Positions 1-8,616 of a DNA stretch of 64,000 nt are shown here, one piece after another. The translations under genes and the position numbers were made by a program. Where the stretch lies: the NCBI GenBank assembly GCA_937873095.1, contig CALMVI010000105.1:14432-78431 (forward strand), read 5' to 3'. This DNA is from an uncultured Acetobacteraceae bacterium. Its GTDB lineage: Bacteria; Pseudomonadota; Alphaproteobacteria; Acetobacterales; Acetobacteraceae. How positions within the stretch are numbered: position 1 is the first letter of the stretch; the number at the start of each line of letters is the position of its first letter. Below the pieces are notes generated by a model, which saw only the letters and a program-made list of their open reading frames with translations, did not search any database and was not told where the DNA came from.

Positions 1-959
1 CCAACCTGGTCGCGGCCGCGATCAACGAAGCGTCGTTGCGGGCGCAGCTCGTCGCGACCCGGCAGATCATCGTCGCCGAGACGGAGCTGCTCGCCGTGCT
101 GCGCAAGCAATACGCGGCAGGCCAGATCGCCGAGGTGGACGCGCTGGCGCAGGAGGCGGCCCTGGCCCAGGCGCAGGCTGCGCTGCCGCCGCTGCAGAGG
201 CAGCTCGACGTGCAGCGCGACGCGATCGCCGTGCTGATCGGCAGCCGGCCGGACGAGCCGCTGCCTGAGACGTTCGCGCTGAACGAGATCGTCATGCCGC
301 GGGCGTTGCCGGTCAGCCTTCCTGCGGCCCTGGTGACCCAGCGGCCCGACGTGCGACAGGCCGAAGAGGTGCTGCACAGCGCCAGCGCGCTGGTCGGCGT
401 CGCCATCGCCAACCGGCTGCCGTCGCTGACGCTGACCGCGTCGGGCGGAAGCCAGTCGAACTTCTTCAACCAGCTGTTCGCCCGCGGCAACGGGTTCTGG
501 AGCATCGCCGCCGCCGTGACCCAGCCGGTGTTCGACGGGGGAACGCTGCTGCACCGCGCACGCGGCGCACGCGCCGCGCTGGAGCAGGCCGAGGCGCAGT
601 ACCGGTCGGCGACACTGACCGCGCTGCAGAACGTGGCCGACGCGCTGCACGCCCTGCAGGCGGACGCCGACACGCTGGCGGCGGCCGAGCGTGCCGAGCA
701 TGCCGCGACCGAGGGGCTGCAGATCGTCCGCCTCCAGGTCCAGCTCGGCCAGGCGGCCTATCTGGGCATACTCAACGCCCAGCAGACCGCGCTTCAGGCG
801 CGCCTGACCGAGGTGCAGGCGACCGCCGGCCGGCTCGCCGACACGGCGGCGCTGTTCCAGGCGCTCGGCGGCGGGTGGTGGCACCGCCAGGACGCAGGCG
901 TGGACGACGTGCGGGGAAACCGCGTGCTGGGCGTGCTCGGCGTGGTGGACAAGCGCTGA
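1..959 (+). CDS. RND efflux outer-membrane factor lipoprotein, NodT/OprM family (C-terminal part; 5' end outside the window)
   Basis: Frame 3 is open from the window edge to the stop at 957-959. The translation (..VTQRPDVRQAEE.., ..PVFDGGTLLHRARGARAALEQAEAQYR.., C-terminal ALGGGWW) matches the repeated halves of outer-membrane factor proteins. Confidence 0.85.
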   Translation, partial: NLVAAAINEASLRAQLVATRQIIVAETELLAVLRKQYAAGQIAEVDALAQEAALAQAQAALPPLQRQLDVQRDAIAVLIGSRPDEPLPETFALNEIVMPRALPVSLPAALVTQRPDVRQAEEVLHSASALVGVAIANRLPSLTLTASGGSQSNFFNQLFARGNGFWSIAAAVTQPVFDGGTLLHRARGARAALEQAEAQYRSATLTALQNVADALHALQADADTLAAAERAEHAATEGLQIVRLQVQLGQAAYLGILNAQQTALQARLTEVQATAGRLADTAALFQALGGGWWHRQDAGVDDVRGNRVLGVLGVVDKR

Positions 960-994
960 CGCTTCGCGCCAAAGCCAAAGGTCGAGCGGGTCGG

Positions 995-1009
995 GCTGAC
1001 ACAGTCAGC
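995..1009. terminator. Weak hairpin between convergent genes
   Basis: GCTGAC-ACA-GTCAGC (6-bp stem) sits between the OMF stop and the aldehyde dehydrogenase stop. There is no U-tract. Confidence 0.15.
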
Positions 1010-1025
1010 ATGAACCCGGCCTGGA

Positions 1026-2501
1026 CTAGCCCAGATCCATCCACACCGTTTTGTTATACAAATACTCTTCGACGTGACGCCGGCCGCCCTTGGCGCCGTA
1101 GCCGCTCATTCGGAAACCCTCCGAGGTCACCGTCGGCTCCGTCACGCCGTAGCAGTTGACCCACACCATGCCGGCGCGAACGGCGCGCGCCACGCGGTGT
1201 GCGGCGCCCACGTCGCGCGTCCAGACCGCGCCGCCCAGCCCGTACTGCGTGTCGTTCGCTAGCCGGATCGCGTCTTCCTCGGTGTCGAAGGGGATTACCG
1301 AGGCGACCGGGCCGAAGATCTCCTCACGTGCAACGCGCATCGTGTTCGTCATGCCGGACAGCACGGTTGGCGGCACGAAGTAGCCTTGGGCGAGATCGCC
1401 GCCGAGCCGTTCGCCGCCGGACACCACCCGGGCACCCTCCGCGCGGGCGAGGTCGAAATAGCTCGATACGGTGTTCAGCTGCCGGCTGGAGACCAGCGGA
1501 CCGAGTTGGACCTCGGGGTCCAAACCGTTCCCGACTTTCAGCGTCCGGCCGAAGGCGGCCAGACGCTCGACAAATTCGTCGGCGATGCGGCGCTGCACGA
1601 GCAGGCGCGTGCCGGCGTAGCAGATCTGCCCGGTGTTGTTGAAACAGCCCATGCCGGCGCCGGGCACTGCCTTTTCTAGATCGGCGTCGGCGAACACGAT
1701 GTCTGGTGACTTGCCGCCCAGTTCGACGGCGACACGCTTCATGTTGCCGGCCGACATCTCGATAATCTTCCGGCCCGTGGCGGTCGACCCGGTGAACGCG
1801 ATCTTGTCCACGCCGGGATGCGATGCGAGGCGCGCGCCAGCGACCGATCCAAGGCCGGTGACGACGTTGACCACGCCGTCCGGCAGCCCGGCTTCCTGCA
1901 TGATTTCGGCAAAGCGCAGCACGCCGAGCGAGGCGTCCTCGGCCGGCTTGAGCACCAGCGTGCAACCGGTAGCAAGCGTGGGACAAATGCTCCAGAGCTG
2001 CGAGATCAGCGGTCCGTTCCAGGGGATGATGCCACCGACGACCCCGATCGGCCCGCGCAGCGTGTAGCTGAACACGTCGCGTGCTGCGGAATTGCCAGGC
2101 GTCTCGCCGGCCAGCGCCACCGCCTGCCCGGCGTAGAAGCGCAGCGCCTGCACGATCCAGCGCTTGTAGGTCTGCGTTCGCGCGATCGGCGCGCCCATGT
2201 CGAGCGTTTCCAGCAGGCACAGCTCGTCGAACCGGCGTTCCACCGTGTCCGCGATGGCCAGCATCAGCGCCTGCCGGTCGAACGGCTTCAGGCGGCTCCA
2301 GGGCCCCTCGAAGGCGGCGCGGGCCGCGTCCACCGCGCGGTCCACGTCCTGCTCGCCGCCCTCGGAAAGCTGCGCGATCACCTGTCCGGTCGCCGGATTG
2401 ACGCTATTGAACGTGCGGCCGGACAGCGCTTCGACCCACTGGCCGCCAACGAGCATCCGCTTCGGCCGGCCATCGAGGAAGGGATGGTTCACGTGGGTCA
2501 C
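1026..2501 (-). CDS. NAD(P)+-dependent aldehyde dehydrogenase
   Basis: 491-aa ORF. The GTG start overlaps the upstream stop (GTGA). ALDH hallmarks are present: ..FTGSTATGRKI.., ..VELGGKSP.., catalytic-Cys region ..FNNTGQICYAGTR.., and ..EEIFGPV.. Confidence 0.9.
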   Translation of the reverse strand: MTHVNHPFLDGRPKRMLVGGQWVEALSGRTFNSVNPATGQVIAQLSEGGEQDVDRAVDAARAAFEGPWSRLKPFDRQALMLAIADTVERRFDELCLLETLDMGAPIARTQTYKRWIVQALRFYAGQAVALAGETPGNSAARDVFSYTLRGPIGVVGGIIPWNGPLISQLWSICPTLATGCTLVLKPAEDASLGVLRFAEIMQEAGLPDGVVNVVTGLGSVAGARLASHPGVDKIAFTGSTATGRKIIEMSAGNMKRVAVELGGKSPDIVFADADLEKAVPGAGMGCFNNTGQICYAGTRLLVQRRIADEFVERLAAFGRTLKVGNGLDPEVQLGPLVSSRQLNTVSSYFDLARAEGARVVSGGERLGGDLAQGYFVPPTVLSGMTNTMRVAREEIFGPVASVIPFDTEEDAIRLANDTQYGLGGAVWTRDVGAAHRVARAVRAGMVWVNCYGVTEPTVTSEGFRMSGYGAKGGRRHVEEYLYNKTVWMDLG

Positions 2502-4840
2502 GACAGCCGCATCTCCGACCGCAGGGGCTCGTCCGCCTTGACAATCTCGGCGCAGACCTGGACGTGACAGCCGGCGCAGCAGAACCGGCGGAGCACGAGC
2601 TTCTCGTCCACGTAGGTGGCCGGGTCAGCCGCCGATGGGATATCGGTGACCGGAGCCTCGTGCATCAGCGCGCCGTTCTTGTAGCTGCCGCCGTAATCGC
2701 AATAGCGATGGCCGCACCGGGCGCAGGCCAGCAGACGTTCGGCGCCCTGGTCGACGGATGCGATGTATTCATGAACGAGGCGCGGCGGCTCTCCGGTCGC
2801 AGCCGTAATGGATGCATCGTCCGCGCCGTCATGCGCGCGCCAGGCGGCTCGCGCGCGACGCTGCTGCTCACGCAGTGCTGCGGTCGGTTCCGCGGCGGCA
2901 TCGCCCTCCGGGGTTACGACGACGCCGTAGATGGAAGACGCGGCCGCGTGGGACACGTAACCCAGGGCCACGTCGCGGGCGACGCGCGTTGGATCGCGCT
3001 CCAGCGGGTCACCGTAGCCGCCACCACCGCCGATGCGTATCTCCATCACGTCGCCATCGTGCAGGGCGGCGCCGTTGGACTTCGCGCGCAGCGGCTCGGT
3101 CCGCTCCGCCTGCAGGTCTTCGATGCCGGCGGGGACCCTGCTGCGGCGCATCCACTCCGGCAGGTCGGTGCCAGAGCGCACGAGGTAATGGCCGGCCGGC
3201 GACGGCAAGCCGCCGAACAGCCCTGGCGTGTTCTGTGCCGAGACGCATTGCCCGCCGCTGTTCGTCACCACTGTCATCGAGTGTGCGCGGTAAGGCGTGA
3301 TCGCCGAGCGCACGCCGTTGCCGCCGCGCCAGGCGCCGGCACCGCCGCCATCCTGGTCTTCCTTGCGATACAGGAACAGGATCGGATACCATTGCTCGAT
3401 CAGCTCGACATTGAGGATCATCGAGAGCGGACTGTAGGTAGGGCCGCTGGTATCCACGCCGTCGCCAAAGGAGCGCGCGCCGGACCCGCAACCGAACGAG
3501 TCGAGAATGGCCTGGCCGAAATACTTGCCCCGGTCATCGGTGCCGATCAGCACGGGCAGCATGAAATCCGCTGGTGGAGCGACGAGGTCCTGCCGAAGCT
3601 CGTCGTCGCAGGCCATCATGCGCGACAGGACCGCCTGCACGCAGTTCATCATCGGTACGGTCTGCAGGATTCCGCCGCTGACCGCGGTCGGGTAGTTCAC
3701 GCAGGTGAGCAGGCCGGGGGTGGGCCGGTAGTCGATCTGTCGCTCGCTGCCGCCATAGGCGAAGAGCTGTTCGTACAGCATGGAGACGGAGATGATGCCG
3801 GTGATGGAGCCTGACCACGAGGTGAACGGTATGCCGTTGGTCCCCGGCGTCTCGGCATCGGTGCCGGCATTGTCCACCCTGATCCGGTCGCCCGTCTTGG
3901 TGATGTTGAGCTGCGTGCGCTGCGTCGTGCGCTGGCCAGGCAACGCCTCGTCCAGGTAGCGAGCCTCGGACCACGTGCCGTCTGGTATCCGCGCGAGTTT
4001 CTGGCGGAAACTGTCCTGCGCCTGATCGAGCATGCGACGCATCGCTGCCTTGACTGCACCCGGCCCGTAGCGGCGCGCCAAAACCGCTATCGCATCCCGC
4101 GCGAACACGGCACCCGCGATCTGCGCCCGCAGGTCAAGCGCCACCAGGTCGGGCACGCGCGACTGGCGCAAATACAGCGCTTCGAGGTCAGGGCGCAACT
4201 CGCCACGCTCCACCATCTTGAACGGCGGCAGCACGATCGGGTCGGAGTACACGTCCTCGGCGTTTTGCGGCCAGCCGCCGGGCACGATGCCGCCGAGGTC
4301 GTACTGGTGGCCGGCATTGGCGACCCAGCCGAACAGCGCGCCGTCCACGAAGATCGGTGCCGCGAACAGCACGTCCATCTGGTGGCAGGCGCCGATCCAG
4401 GGGTCGTTGCAGCAAAAAATGTCGCCCTCGTCGATGCCGGGGCTGCCGGAATAGGTCTCCAGAATGTAGCGTATGCCGAGCGGCGCGCCGGCGTTGAGGA
4501 ACTGCACGTAGGGTGCATTGAGCACGACCTCCGCGTCCTCGGTGAGGATGGACATGTTGAAGTCGAGCGAGGCGAGCAGCGGGGAGCCGGAAATGCGGGT
4601 GATCGTGTCGCCATGCGCGAGGTTCACGGTCCATAGTTTCTGGCGCAACACCTCGAACGTGATGGGGTCCAGGTCGTCGTCCGCCGCGTCGTGAAACTGC
4701 ACGCGCGGTGAAATGCGGCTGCGCCAGCCCGCTGACGGACGATAGCTGTGGGTGCGTCCGTTCCATTTGGTCCGAGTGTGCAAGCTGTCCGCGTCCGTTG
4801 CCCGTGGGCTGTCGGTGTCCGGCGCCAGCACGCTATCCAT
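2498..4840 (-). CDS. Hydantoinase B/oxoprolinase (acetone-carboxylase alpha-like) protein with a fused C-terminal acetone-carboxylase gamma-like 4-Cys domain
   Basis: 780 aa, with GAGGAG 7 nt before ATG 4840. Residues ~55-640 look like HyuB (..DPITFEVLRQKLW.., ..GGGGYGDPLERDP..). The last ~130 aa carry ..CARCGH.. and ..CCAGCH.., as in AcxC-type gamma subunits. Confidence 0.85.
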   Translation of the reverse strand: MDSVLAPDTDSPRATDADSLHTRTKWNGRTHSYRPSAGWRSRISPRVQFHDAADDDLDPITFEVLRQKLWTVNLAHGDTITRISGSPLLASLDFNMSILTEDAEVVLNAPYVQFLNAGAPLGIRYILETYSGSPGIDEGDIFCCNDPWIGACHQMDVLFAAPIFVDGALFGWVANAGHQYDLGGIVPGGWPQNAEDVYSDPIVLPPFKMVERGELRPDLEALYLRQSRVPDLVALDLRAQIAGAVFARDAIAVLARRYGPGAVKAAMRRMLDQAQDSFRQKLARIPDGTWSEARYLDEALPGQRTTQRTQLNITKTGDRIRVDNAGTDAETPGTNGIPFTSWSGSITGIISVSMLYEQLFAYGGSERQIDYRPTPGLLTCVNYPTAVSGGILQTVPMMNCVQAVLSRMMACDDELRQDLVAPPADFMLPVLIGTDDRGKYFGQAILDSFGCGSGARSFGDGVDTSGPTYSPLSMILNVELIEQWYPILFLYRKEDQDGGGAGAWRGGNGVRSAITPYRAHSMTVVTNSGGQCVSAQNTPGLFGGLPSPAGHYLVRSGTDLPEWMRRSRVPAGIEDLQAERTEPLRAKSNGAALHDGDVMEIRIGGGGGYGDPLERDPTRVARDVALGYVSHAAASSIYGVVVTPEGDAAAEPTAALREQQRRARAAWRAHDGADDASITAATGEPPRLVHEYIASVDQGAERLLACARCGHRYCDYGGSYKNGALMHEAPVTDIPSAADPATYVDEKLVLRRFCCAGCHVQVCAEIVKADEPLRSEMRLS

Positions 4841-4851
4841 TTTCGGTCTCC

Positions 4852-6980
4852 TCAGGCGGCTGCGTTGAGTTCGATCACGACGCTGCCGGAGGGATCGATC
4901 CCGGCCGTGCAGCCATGCGGAACGACGACTGTGGTATCGGGGTATTCGATGATTGCCGGCCCGGTGACTGCAGCGCCCGTGCCGAGCCGGGCGCCGTCAT
5001 AGGCGGGCGTAATCTCGGCCGCGCCGCGCTGCGCGTACCAGGTGACCTCTCGCGGCGCCTTCGCCGCGCCATCAAGGCTGCCGCACCCCTCATGCACAAC
5101 ATCGCCTACGCGCAACTCGGACAGTTTCGCGGAGCCATGCACCTGCAAGCCGGTGAGCGTGAAGCCGGCGGCGGCGTAACCGCTTCCGCGCCCGTACAGC
5201 CGCTCGTACTCGCGCTCGAAGGTGCTAACCAGGCGGTCGACGGCGGCGGCATCGTAGGTGCCGCCCTCGGCCGGCACGGCGACCTGGTTGATCTGAAGGG
5301 CGTAACGCAGTTCCGCATAGCGCCGCAGCCGGATCGATCCGGCCGGCACACCTTGCTGCAGGAGCTTTTCGGTTACCCGCGCTTCCAACGCCGGCCAGCG
5401 GCGGTTCAGCTCCTCCGGGTCGAACGGACTGGCAAGGCCTATCGCGGCCTGTTCCGTGACCAGCGCCTCGGAGGCGGCGATGCCGAACGCGGACCAGCCG
5501 GCGGCAAGGTTGCTCATGGGCACCACGACGGAGCGCACGCCCAGCTCGCGCGCGATTGCGGCGGCGTGCAGCCCGCCTGCGCCTCCGAAACCGTAGAGGG
5601 AGAAGTCGCGCGGGTCGTGACCCTGCTGCGTGAGCGTCAGCCAGATCGAATCGGCCATCTGGCTGTCGATGATTCGCAGCGCCGCAGCGGCGGTCTGCCT
5701 TCCGTCCAACCCTAGCGGGGCGCCGACCCGTGCCAGTGCCGCGTCGGCGCCGGCGCCGGCGATGTCGAGCGTGATCCGGCCGCCGAAGAAATAGGCAGGG
5801 TCGAAATAGCCGAGCACGGCGGCCGCGTCCGTGACCGTGGGCTGTTGCCCGCCGCGGCCGAAACACACCGGCCCGGGCCGTGCGCCGGCGCTGTGCGGCC
5901 CCACCTTGAGCACACTGCCTTCGGTCCGGATGATGCTGCCGCCGCCGGCGCCCACGGAGCGGACGTCCAGCGTGGGCACGAAATACTCGTACTGGCCGTA
6001 GCTTCCGGTCGGCCGCCGCACCGGCGTGCCGTCGGAGATGGTGCCGATGTCGAGCGTGGTGCCGCCGATGTCGGCCGTGATGACGTGGCGAGCGCCGGCG
6101 GCCCTGGGGTGCCGGCCAGGCTTGCGGCCCCGATCAGGCCAGCAACCGGGCCGGAGCCCACCGTCAGCACAGGCACTTCGCGCGCGTGGTCGGCGTCGAT
6201 CAGACCGCCGGCGCAAGACATGATCTGCAGCGACCGCGTGTAGCCGAAACGTTTCAGGTCGACTTCCAGCGCCTCCAGATAAAGGCGCATCGGCGGGCCG
6301 ATCAGCGCGTTGACGATGGTGGCGATCGTGCGTTCGCACTCGCCGACACGGGGGCTGACTTCCGAGGAGATCGATACGAACAGGTCGGGTGCGACCTCGC
6401 GCACCATGTCGCGCAGCCGAAGCTCATGCAAGTCATTGGCGGTGGACCACAGGAGCGAGATGGCGATCGCCTCCACGCCCTGGTCCACGATCCGGCGGAT
6501 GGCCTCTCGCGCGGTGTCCTCGTTCAGGGCCACGACCGCGTGGCCGTCGAAGGCCACGCGCTCGTCGATCTCGGCGCAGAGCCATTTGGGGACCAGCGGC
6601 TCCGGCTTGGTCTGGCGGGCGACGTGGGCGATGTAGTCCGCCGGCATCCATTTCAGGCGGCCGCCGGCCTTCATGATGAAGATCGAGTCGGCGTGGCCAC
6701 GAGTCGCCAGGAGGCCTACGCGGGCTGTCTTGCGCTCCACCAGCGCATTCGTGCCGACGGTGCAGCCGTGATAAGCCTGAGCCGAGGCGAGCATCTCGCC
6801 GAGTTCGACACCGTGCATCTCGGCCGCCGTGCGCAACGATGCTATGAAGCCAGTCTGGAAATCCGGGGGCGTGGAAAGTGCCTTGCCGATCTTCACGGCG
6901 GGCGGACCACTGTCCGACGCTTTCAGGGCGACGCAATCAGTGAACGTTCCACCTATGTCGACGCCCACTATGTAGCGCAC
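4852..6980 (-). pseudogene. Hydantoinase A/oxoprolinase (acetone-carboxylase beta-like), interrupted by a 1-nt frameshift
   Basis: ORFs 5712-7055 and 4852-6339 together give one complete HyuA-like protein (..VGVDIGGTFTDCV.. then ..VITADIGGTTLDIG..). The frames switch between 6094 and 6113 at a G4/C3 run. The start is assigned to GTG 6980, with GGAGG 8 nt upstream. Confidence 0.75.
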
Positions 6981-7015
6981 AGTTACCACCTCCCGGAGCC
7001 GCAGCCTGCTTTGCC

Positions 7016-7033
7016 GTTGGTCCGACAATTGAC
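7016..7033 (-). promoter_or_regulatory. GTCAATTGTC-NN-ACC box upstream of hyuA (candidate operator)
   Basis: The minus strand reads GTCAATTGTCGGACCAAC, 35 nt upstream of the hyuA GTG. The same 10-mer plus ACC occurs at 33966-33983 and 37115-37132. Confidence 0.35.
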
Positions 7034-7121
7034 ACAATGAGGCTGGCAGGTGCACTTTAGGCTGTCAAGGCGGGATGGCGATCGACAGTAAGGCACGGCC
7101 TAAGTGTTCATCCACGATCAT

Positions 7122-7300
7122 GGTGAGTCGGGTGAGTCGGGTGTGAGTCCATGCTCTGCGAGCCGAGTCTGATGCAGGCTATCGTGCATAGCGCCGACAT
7201 ACAGGACCGCGACGGCGGCGTGCTGCTCATGCTGCCGGTCAGTTTGAGATTGTCGGGCAGGGCATCGAGCAAGGTCCGTGTGCTCGCCGAGATTTTGTAA
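7122..7300 (+). mobile_element. IS5-family transposase remnant
   Basis: Plus-strand translation of 7169-7231 gives LMQAIVHSADIQDRDGGVLLM, the conserved ..IVH.A.IQDRDG.. block of IS5-family DDE transposases. The frame is broken on both sides and no terminal repeats are visible. It is preceded by a tandem GGTGAGTCG x2. Confidence 0.5.
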
Positions 7301-7521
7301 GCAATGCTCAGTGCCGTTGACGAGGAGCGAGACGTCGAGCCTACGACGCGGATCGCCTACCGGCTCCGGCGCAGCCCCCGCAGCAGGCGTTTCTGCCACG
7401 CCGGCTATCCGCTCCTGCGCGCGCTCGCTCGCGGCCTCAAACAGGGTAGTCGGCGGTGCGGCTGTTCGCAGACGTCGCAATCATGCCGCACCGGAAACGC
7501 AGGCGACGATAACGGCAGCGG

Positions 7522-7818
7522 CTAGCAACGTGCACAAACGTATGTCACCATCTGCTGTGGATCGAAGCCCAACGGTTTCGGAACAAACTCGCGAAATTCC
7601 GGGTCGATCCAAGCGGCGCCAGGAAAGAGCGGCGCGAACACCATCGCCAGAAAATAGACGCCGGCTACCGCAGCAGCGATAAGAAACAGCGGCAGTGTGA
7701 GCGGCCCCATCGCAAAAAGGATGACAAGGGCCAGCGTGCCGAGGAACAGCCCGAGCAACATCGTCTGGCCGTTATGGAACTTTGCATGAGGCGGCCAAGC
7801 GGGATTATAGAGATGCAT
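7522..7818 (-). CDS. Small integral membrane protein (NPxWPPHAKFHNGQT family, DUF6640-like from memory), possibly 5'-disrupted
   Basis: 98 aa with hydrophobic helices. An in-frame upstream ATG at 7908 with a GAGGAG RBS is separated from this ORF by TAG at 7861-7863. Confidence 0.5.
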   Translation of the reverse strand: MHLYNPAWPPHAKFHNGQTMLLGLFLGTLALVILFAMGPLTLPLFLIAAAVAGVYFLAMVFAPLFPGAAWIDPEFREFVPKPLGFDPQQMVTYVCARC

Positions 7819-7983
7819 CCGTGCGGTACGCGGCAGGACCGCATCGTATAGAAAGCCGCCCTAATTATAAAAGGCAACGATCGCGACCATCCACTTGGCA
7901 GTTTCCATGACACGGCTCCTCAGGAGCTCGGCAATGGCACTTTCCGGACGAAGTAAGGTATCGATAAATTGCTGTTGGTTAGC

Positions 7984-8616
7984 TCAGTCGGCCAACGACG
8001 CCGATCGAAGCTGACCGGGCGTTACCCCGAGCGTCCGGCGAAACCCGTCTATGAAGTGTGCGGCGGACGAATAACCTGCGTAGATCGCCGTGTCCGTGAC
8101 GGGCGTTTGGCCGCCGATCAAAAGCGCGACCGCTTTCTCCAGCCTGCGTGCAACGATCCAGCCGTGCGGCGTCACGCCTTCGCTCACCTTGAAAGCACGA
8201 ATGAAGTGGAACAGGCTTGTCTGGCGCGACATCTCTGCCGCCAGCTCCGACAGCGTGTAGACCTGGGCGCCGACGAGCTCGTAGGTGCGGTCGGCCTGGG
8301 CCTCGGCGGAACCCAGCGCGCCCAGCAGCGCACCGTGGGCCAGCGCCGCCGGCAGGCCCGCCATGTAGGTCTCGCTATACCAGCCGTTGCGCAGCAGCAC
8401 GTGTGGCACGCCCGAAGCGACTAGCAGGGCCTCGGTCTGGCGGTGGTCTTCGGCGAGGCCCAGCGGCGAGCGGTCGGCCTGCAGCACGCTGGTGTAGGCG
8501 ATCAGCGACACGCGAGCCCCGCGCGCCGCTGTAAGGAGGCATGATTTCCGCCCGTGGTAACCTGAACCGGCCATGCTCTGATGTCGTTTAGAACTTGAAC
8601 GCGGCGACCAGAACAC
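7984..8616 (-). pseudogene. Chimeric remnant: an NmrA/SDR-like fragment fused in frame to the C-terminal HTH of an AraC-family regulator
   Basis: ..IAYTSVLQADRSPLGLAEDHRQTEALLVASGVPHVLLRNGWYSETY..YTLSELAAEMSRQTS is NmrA-like and lacks its Rossmann N-terminus. It joins ..FHFIRAFKVSEGVTPHGWIVARRLEKAVALL..AAHFIDGFRRTLGVTPGQLR (AraC HTH 2) near 8214. Confidence 0.6.

Noticed and set aside
7122-7150. Short tandem repeats: GGTGAGTCG x2 here, CTAGTCTGG(A/G) x2 at 50386-50405, and ACCGCCTG x2.9 at 37061-37083
   Set aside because: Each has two to three units only, which is far too short for a CRISPR array or a meaningful VNTR. They were recorded as local slippage products.
7118-7480. 120-aa minus-strand ORF in the hyuA upstream region
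   Set aside because: Its 3' half is the antisense of the IS5 transposase fragment. The remainder has no recognisable motif or RBS.
7974-7996. tRNA-like D-loop string (GTTGGTTAGCTCAGTCGGCCAAC)
   Set aside because: No acceptor, anticodon or T arms can be drawn around it. It is just the 3' end and stop codon of the AraC-fragment ORF.
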